A stretch of 54,270 nt of DNA, counting the filler, from Basidioascus undulatus (taxonomy: Eukaryota), in the NCBI GenBank assembly GCA_000826855.1. It is 3 parts of 3 records of this genome, joined end to end, with 100 filler letters (N's around TTAATTAATTAA, not from the genome) between each part and the next. Parts side by side here need not be neighbours in the genome. Positions count along the whole stretch, not along the records: positions 36,271 to 54,270 come from JTLS01000495.1; 2 more parts are not named here. One strand, 5' to 3'. The notes beneath the pieces were generated by a model, which saw nothing but the letters and a program-made list of their open reading frames with translations, was not told the origin of the DNA and did no database searches. A program made the position numbers and the translations under genes. This document shows, one piece after another, positions 46,923 to 54,270 of this stretch; positions within the stretch are counted from its first letter, which is position 1, and every line of letters begins with the position of its first letter.

Positions 46923-49900
46923 CCGGGCGCTGGTGGGGTGTGGGAGGGAAGGTGGGAGTGGATGGAGAGGGAGGTGGAGATGGAGCGAGCGGCGGGGGAC
47001 TGCGTAGGAAGGAGCGCTCAGGCCATGGCTCGCGCGCCAGTCGCTGGGGCCGTCTTCGGCGGCGGAGGGGAAGAGTATAGGACTGTGTGGAATCCGCTGG
47101 CTGATGGGGTATCGAGCGTGTGTGAGGAGGAAGGCGAGAGAGGGCAAGGCGGGTATCGAGCGAGAACGCGACGAGCGGACTAGCGCCGTTCACGTGCTTT
47201 TGATCACTGCAGGCACCGGAATCCGATTGATTGACAGCCTTCCCGGCGTCCAGGCACGGCAAAATGAAAGAGAGAGAGAGACTGGTGAGCTCGCTGTTGA
47301 GAGCGGCGACGGTGAGGATGGAGCAGTGGATGGAGAGACAGCGGACAGAGCAAAAGCTAGCGCTTCGGGTGGGGCGCGGCGGTGTGGAGTTGGATCAGGT
47401 TAAAGTGGGAGAAGGTTGTGGGTCACGTGAGGATTGGTCGCATGAGGATTTGGGAGTATTGAACTTTATCGCTTTCTTTAATGTACTTTAGCTACAGTTA
47501 CATAGGCAAAGCTTTTGGCCGCAGTCAGCGCGCTCTGTTATGAGGCGGACGCGATGGAGGTCGGCGTCTACGAAGATGGTGGACGCCGGTGCGGCTGCGC
47601 TGCAAAAAACATGCTCGCAGTGCAACGCCCGACAGGACGTGTGCTAGTGTCTGGCGATACCGCTTGCTTTTGAACTTGCAAACGCCAAGAGGCGCCGCTT
47701 GAAACGTTCGTACAGGCATCGTCGAGTTTCACTAGAGCCGGAAAGCTACGAGCGCAGGCGTGAGCTTGTGCAGTACTCCTTATTTTAAAATATCTGTTTA
47801 ATATATTTGCTGGCCAACTCGGTGCGGTGCACGCGAAGGGCACGCAGCGATGAAAGCAAGTTCGCGCTGCGTGCCAGTGTGTGCGGCTTGAGCTTGCTGA
47901 AGCACTGCGTGCCCGACTTGCAAGCTCCAGTATTAGGATATGTTCAACTCTCAAATTTCATGGAGCCCGAAGGCTCGCGCACATTGCCCTTGTAAATCTC
48001 GGCGGCAGGCAGTGCGGACACTTTGCATGTTCGCGATGCCAGCATAAGCGTATGCACTTCAGTGTTCATCCGACCACTATGCAGATTAAAAGTATTCGAG
48101 GGTTTCAGTTCACTTGAGAGCGCATAGTCTTTTTCCGAGCCCAGCACAGGTACGCATGCGGCTGAGTGTCCGGTGCAAGCCGAGCAACATCCCGTGTCGA
48201 AAAAGTGCTGAGTCGTCTTCTGGCCACTTTATTATCCAAACTACACTCAGTCCTTGCCAATCGCCCCCATCATCGTCACTGTGTCCTCTCTCAATCTCCG
48301 CAAGGGCTCTTCCCGACGCGCTTGCACCCTTCAAAGCCGTGTCGCTCAAGGAGAACACCAAGACTGCCACGCAGCTCCCTGCGGAGCTCAAGGCGCAGAA
48401 TCTCATGGCTGACGCAGATGTGGGCACAAACCTCTCGCGATCCGACGGCTCGTCTCCTCCCTGACTGGTTCGCATGCTCCCGGACTCCGCCCATCTTTCT
48501 CGAAGGCCCAACCACCAACGCCGGGACAACCTATTGGTTGATGTTACATACGGTCACATCCTCAAAGTCTCAATTGCCTTGTCCAATCCTGCTGCTAACG
48601 TCGACATTGCGTTTAGTGGGACAAAGAGCAGAACGGATGGCATTGCGCGCTGATGGCACCTTCGTGGGGGCCGACTACAAGAAGGGTCTGCTGGTCAATG
48701 ACCCAAGGAACAGTGCAGGGGATTGCGGGCTTCTCGCTTGGTGCACGGCGCCAAAATTCGAGTTGGTCCATGACATTTTGAGGGTGACTTCAGCACATGT
48801 TATGCTGCCGCGCGTCCAGACATCGTCGAGATATCCGTATGCAATGAAAAAGCGGAAACAGGCGGACGGACGGAACGGCATGAGCAGCCTGCCCGATCCG
48901 CTTGTTTTCTTTCTGCCTTCATAGATACTTGATCGTTTTCATGCGAATTGACTTGAAATTGCTGCAGATAGGTAGGTTGTCGACAAAGTTGGTTGGTCAA
49001 AGTGTTATAACTTCGACTCTTCTGTGACTCGCCTGTTCTGCAGTTCGAGCACCGTTCGTGAACGTTGGCCGCCATATATCGGGCGCCTTAGTGAGGGGCG
49101 ACGCTTGTGACTGGCGCGAAGAAAGAGATAACATCCCTCAAGAGGTCAAACTAGAGGGGTGGGATGGAGGTTCGTTGGTCAGCTTAGCTGGGGGAGTCGG
49201 CAGAGCGGCGTCGGTGAGCGGTGTGGAATGTCCCGAGCGTGGCGAGAGCTGGCGAGAGATACGATAAATCCGCCTTTTGGAGGGCGTCGACAGTGACATT
49301 TCTCGAAACTGCAGTAAGACAGACGGTTTAAGCTTCACGACCAACCGGGGCCTGCCACCGGCCGGAGACTATAGATCGTTACCTTCTCTACTGCCTTCGT
49401 TTCCGCGCACAGCGCGTCACACTCCGCAGCGAGATACTTTCCCTTCAACTCCCATTTCACGCTCACTCTCTCCTTTCCCACCCCAAGGCCATTCCCCAGT
49501 CGTCAACTACATCAAATCGACCAACCGCTTCCCACTGCACAACCTCAGGAACGGCGTGTCGTCGAGCTCGGCATATGCCCGCCCGCACCCGTCCCCACCA
49601 TTCCCGCACCACACCGCACCCGGTATCGGCCGGACGTTAAACCAGTTGGTTCTGGTCGAGCCACACAACAACCCTCCAGGCCGGGGGGTTTTTTTCCGTC
49701 CGGTACGGCAGCGACTTTAGCCCCCCCCGGTCCTGCCGACAACGCCAAAACCTGTCCGCGCCGGGCCCGCGTTACGGCCCATTAGTCACGGGCTGGCGGT
49801 AAGCCCCGTCCCAGTGGCCTCGCCCGGGACTGCGTTAAGGTCCACCTTATGCTTTATCCTCCATGCCTTTCCCTCCTCTTCTTCCTTTCCCCCGCGCGCC

Positions 49901-51632
49901 TCTTGCACACCGTCCCCCTTATCTCCCACCACCTCGGTACCCGTACGTTGAAGCCGAAGCAGGCTGTCCCCGAACACCCGCCCCCCCCGAGCCTAGCCCA
50001 TCATTATGGCCCGACGCTCGACGCCGGCTCCCATCCGCACCCACCTCGCCGGTGGTTGTAGCCTGACTCGCGTCCCGCAATCCGCAGCCGCAGGACGTTG
50101 CGCACCCTGCCGCACGTTGCCCCTCTCCCCGCCCCGCTGCGGGGAGTTTCGCAGAAGCAGACACGTCTACGCGGTAACCCCACCCCTTTATAGCCTTGCA
50201 GCGAAAACCCCCGTTTCTTTGTCTTCCTTCGAGTAGACCCGTTTCAACCCCTCCTTCCATACCGATTCCCGCACTCGCCTCGTTGACGACCCCCCACGTT
50301 TTCCCGCGTCCCTTGAGTATCGTGCGCCATATGCCTTATGGGAAATTTGAATACAATAAATTGGATCACAACAGCCGTGGCGCATCGCCTTACTAGGCTC
50401 GACATCACTCTGACCAATACTATCCCGCTAGGCCGCACTTTTCGTTCCCGGCTCTCACCCATCTCTCAATCCGCTTTCGAGATTTCTACCGGAACTCTTA
50501 CTTCGACGGGCGGAAAGGATGCATTTGGCCAGGGGCGGCGGTCCTGTCGCTGTGGTTGATGCGGAGCCGGCGAATCTGCGCGGGGCCAAGCTCATCTGCA
50601 TCTTTCTTCCTCTCGCATACTTTGATCCGGCCGCACGCGTCCATCGCGGTATTCCGGTGCTCAAAGTGCGCCCTCACGTTTTCATTCTATTGCTTTCACA
50701 CGTGCCCTGATGGTTCGCGATCTCGGGCTGGCATCAGACTTCCCCTTCGACCTCGTTCTTCGCCATCTCCCCGCTCACGTCCTTTTGCCATGCACGATCT
50801 CCACGGGCAAATCGATCTTGTACTTCTAATGCGTGAATCTCTTTGAATGTAGCATCGCTGGGTGGGGGATGTGGAGAATATGTGGGAGGAGGTCTTCAAG
50901 GTCGGAGCGCGGATTTGTGTCGGAAGAATGTGCATTCTTCTGGAACAGCTACTCGCGCCTCTCACCCTTATACTTTGCCATTAACTTCCGCTGGACGGAA
51001 CATCACATGCAACGAATGGAGCTTCAAGTCCAAACTGTGCCGTCGACACCTGTGCTCAAAGCAAAAATGTTGTCCTCTCCACACGGCTTGATCCTTCTAG
51101 ATACGGTCACTGGTGAACTGCGCTTCCTGGGAGTACATCTATATGCATTGTACTTATATACACATCTGCATACGCCTTTGCCATTCTGTTTTCATCCGCA
51201 CCATTCAAAGAACGTTTACCCACCCAGAGGAACCGGGGCGTTTGGAAAGCGTCCAGACAAATGTTGGCACTTAGAGTTCTCCAGGGAACTTGGCGTCCTT
51301 CCTAGTTCTTTCGTCGTTCTTTCGCTTGTCATTACTTCGCAGGTTCGCTATCTCCCTTTCTTTTCCCCGTTATAGCTCAACTGTTTTTACGGTGGCATTG
51401 CTTAGCTGATCACCTGTTCGAGACAGCGCCTTTGTTGATCAGCTGGCCAAGAAGGCGGAAGCATGCGGCACAATCCCTGCCGAAGGCGGGTATAGAGTCT
51501 TTTCAGGCGGTTCCCTTTTACTCCATCCGCCCCTGACTTCCCTTCCCGTTCTAGTATTTAGATACCAGCGTCCTATTCAGGCTGACAACGCCCACTCTGC
51601 ACGGCCTGCCTCTTCTCATATTTCCGTCCGCC

Positions 51633-53161
51633 ATGTCTTACACTGTTGAAGATCTGCCGCTGCCCTCCTCCTCTACATCGATCTCCTTCTCGACTCGTCC
51701 TTTAAAACTTTTGAAAGAGGATGTCAAACTGATCATCCGCCAAGGCCTGTGCGCCCTCTCCCGTATTTTCTTGCCTCTGGCTCCTCCTTTCGACCAGCAC
51801 GACGAGCTTGCCCTGGCAAACTTCGGCAACCTTCTCGCCATCGCGCAGCAAATTGGACTCCTCTTCATGAATGTGATAACCGTCGCAGTGCCCATCGCGA
51901 TGCTCTTCACTCCTTTCCTGCCCGCACCCCTGGCCTTTCTTGTGCTCGGTGTATTCGTCCTCTTTTGGGTGGTCATTGTCAATAATGCTTGGCAGGATCC
52001 GAAGATGAAGCCGGACAGGCTTCACCCAACCGAGCGGTGCGCCCTGATATCGCCACTTCGTACCATGCTGTGAGCTGACTGTGCACATTGAGAGGGCAGC
52101 TGGTACTTTGTCAATGGCATATGCACTGGCCGACACTGGACACAAAAGAATATCACCTACCTTTCTGAACTGTTCGGGCGTTCAATCATCGGAATTCACA
52201 ATCGCACACTCGGGTTTCTCTTTGACATTGCAGAGTGCCTGGTTCAGGTCGGCGTTCAAAATTATAACTAGCTTCATGCCGTCGCTCAGATCCTGTGTCC
52301 AACAGCGCGATTTCAGGTACGCAATGTTTACAAGTTCGTACCAACATTTGCTGATGAATTTCGGCCCAGCTATTCCACCAAGGTCATTTTCACTCTGTAC
52401 AGCGAGGCAAAAGCGGCCTTGCTGGACGACACCATTGCAAGGATCATTCTAGTCAGTCTGCTCAGCACTTCCAGAAGCTTGTATCTGAATGAATACTCAT
52501 TACTGCCGTTCCAGATTGGGCACAGTCAGGGAGGCATCGTCGTTTGGCTTGTGATCGACCGGCTCGTTGCGGACACCCCAGTAAAATACCTCCACAAGCT
52601 GGAGATTTACACTTTCGGAAGGTAAGAGGTTGCTAGGGTCTTCAGGACTTTAGGGTCATGCCCTTACTAGAATAAATTCCCAGCGCTGCAAACCATTACT
52701 GCTCGCCCCTCGACGAGCACGGTCACTCGCCTATTCGTCACATGGAGCACTACACCAACGCATGCGAGCTCGTCGCGCGGATCGGCACGCTCAAGTATCA
52801 TCGCTCCAAGCCTGAAATGACTGGGAACAGCTTCTTCGGAAAGGTCAGTACAATATTCAAGCCGTATGACATCTGCTTCGGTCGGGTCTGACGAGAACGC
52901 ACCTTACAGCTTTTCGAGAAGATCAACGGTAGCGGCCACATGTTGAATCAAGTGAATTCTTGAACTCCTCCCATTCGCATTTGACATGCCCTGACACCAA
53001 ACTTTTGGCTCACACAGCACTACCTGAAGAACATGTTTCTGGAGATTGATGATAACGCAAAAGAAAAGTCCCGTCTATACAAGTATCTCCACGGTGGAAA
53101 GCTTAAGCCATCCAAGCCGCCGGTTGCTGTGGATGCTCTAACAGACGGTGACTCTCTTTGA
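51633..53161 (+). CDS. Fungal alpha/beta-hydrolase-fold protein with N-terminal TM segments
   Basis: Two hydrophobic helices, then WYFVNGICTG, GIHNRTLGFLFDIAECLVQ, IGHSQGGIV (nucleophile elbow), LEIYTFGSAANH, HMEHYTN, GHMLNQHYL. TGA at 53159-53161. Confidence 0.88.
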
Positions 53162-54270
53162 TATTGACGACCTTTGTCAATGTGAATTACTCATACATTT
53201 TCGGGAAACAGGTTGATGAAGCCCCATTGTTGTGCAAACAGTTCATTCATCTGAGTCCTTTTCATTGACGAACATATGCATCCTCTTTGGCAAAGGTTTG
53301 GGTGGAGGAGTGTATTCCTGGAGTACACGATTGTGTTTGATTGAATTTAATGTATGATTTGATTGCTTGACTGTACAGACCGCCAGATCTGCGGAAAGCT
53401 GCCGTGCGCACAGTCTGCAAGCCGTATATTGGCCTTTCACATCCGTGCCTTACCCCCCGCAAAGGCTTCACATTGGAGTCTCCTCGTGACGCCACGTATT
53501 CTCTCTTTCTAGTTGTCTCCTCACAGGCCCTCTGAAATGCACCGCCCTTCTCACATGTGTCACTCATTCATGAGGCTGGCGGTCCAGCCAAGATCCACAC
53601 GTCTTCTGGCCCGTTCGTCCAGCGCCCAGAAGATGATATGGAAACGTATCAAATATTCCCGACACGAACGAGCTGCGCATCTACATCATTCGAGACAGTC
53701 TATTCTGGAAGACTGGCCAGGTCCGCTCGGCAAAGGCAAGTTGGTACCCGCGTCTTCAGTCTCTTCGTACGTGGCAGGCACTTCCTGTTCTCCCTGTGGG
53801 GGAAGTGATTCGGGGATTGGCAGGCTCGCTTCAGGGATCCGTAGGATTGGGCGAAGCAGTGGGGGCGGGAGTTCCCCCGGGGATGCTAGGTACTGGGAGC
53901 TGGGTTTTGAAGAGGGACAGGTCCAGAAATATAATAACAATATGGCCGGGTAGAGCTACCGCGGCGAGCGGTGGTCTAGCCGACCCACAGAGTAGCGGCG
54001 CTGGGCGCCATGTACCTCTCCGCGCTACCGAAGTCTGAGCACCACGACCACTTGAGACACAGAAGGCCGCCTCTGACCAGGCACATGCCCATGGAAGTGG
54101 TCACCGTCAAGCCCGTCAACTTCTTACGACAAGTCTGCTTCGATCGATATGCCGCGGCTTGTCCAGACGGCAACAGACCGCAGCGGGGACTACCAGCAGG
54201 GTGTGTCAAGATGCAAGATGGATGAAGAAAGGGCAAGGAGTAGAGGACAAGGCTAAAGGGAGGGTAGGAG

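Noticed and set aside
48166..48924. 252-aa plus-strand ORF
   Set aside because: No identifiable domain and an uncertain start; left unannotated.
53500..54270. Overlapping short ORFs at the window end
   Set aside because: Stops interrupt the most protein-like frame and no family is recognisable.
1..54270. CRISPR arrays, rRNA, tRNA, LTRs, prokaryotic operons
   Set aside because: None recognised by eye and the sequence is spliceosomal-intron-rich. Intron-containing tRNAs or snoRNAs could be missed without tRNAscan-SE or Infernal.

Overview
Eukaryotic DNA from an intron-rich, GC-rich fungus, most likely a basidiomycete yeast (inferred from 55-80 nt introns, GTGCG/GTGAG donors, CTGAC/CTAAC branch points and gene content). 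Two artificial 100-nt spacers (N44-TTAATTAATTAA-N44) split the window into three contigs whose adjacency is unproven. All gene models were spliced by eye. Apparently intact genes: a small mitochondrial membrane protein, a BRCT-less family X DNA polymerase with a mitochondrial-type presequence, an SRAP/HMCES abasic-site protein, an NDK-like pseudokinase with Arg-rich repeats, an AAAP amino-acid permease, a kynurenine aminotransferase, a secreted L-asparaginase, Sdh6/SDHAF1, an Xaa-Pro aminopeptidase (5' end cut by a gap), a DUF6533-type multipass membrane protein and a GHSQG alpha/beta-hydrolase. Between them lie several decayed genes (OPT transporter, AA16-like LPMO, Kre9-like secreted protein, expansin-like protein, DUF4246) and a degenerate CACTA/EnSpm-like transposon. 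The most interesting lead is the tightly linked Pol X and SRAP pair, with the polymerase possibly targeted to mitochondria.
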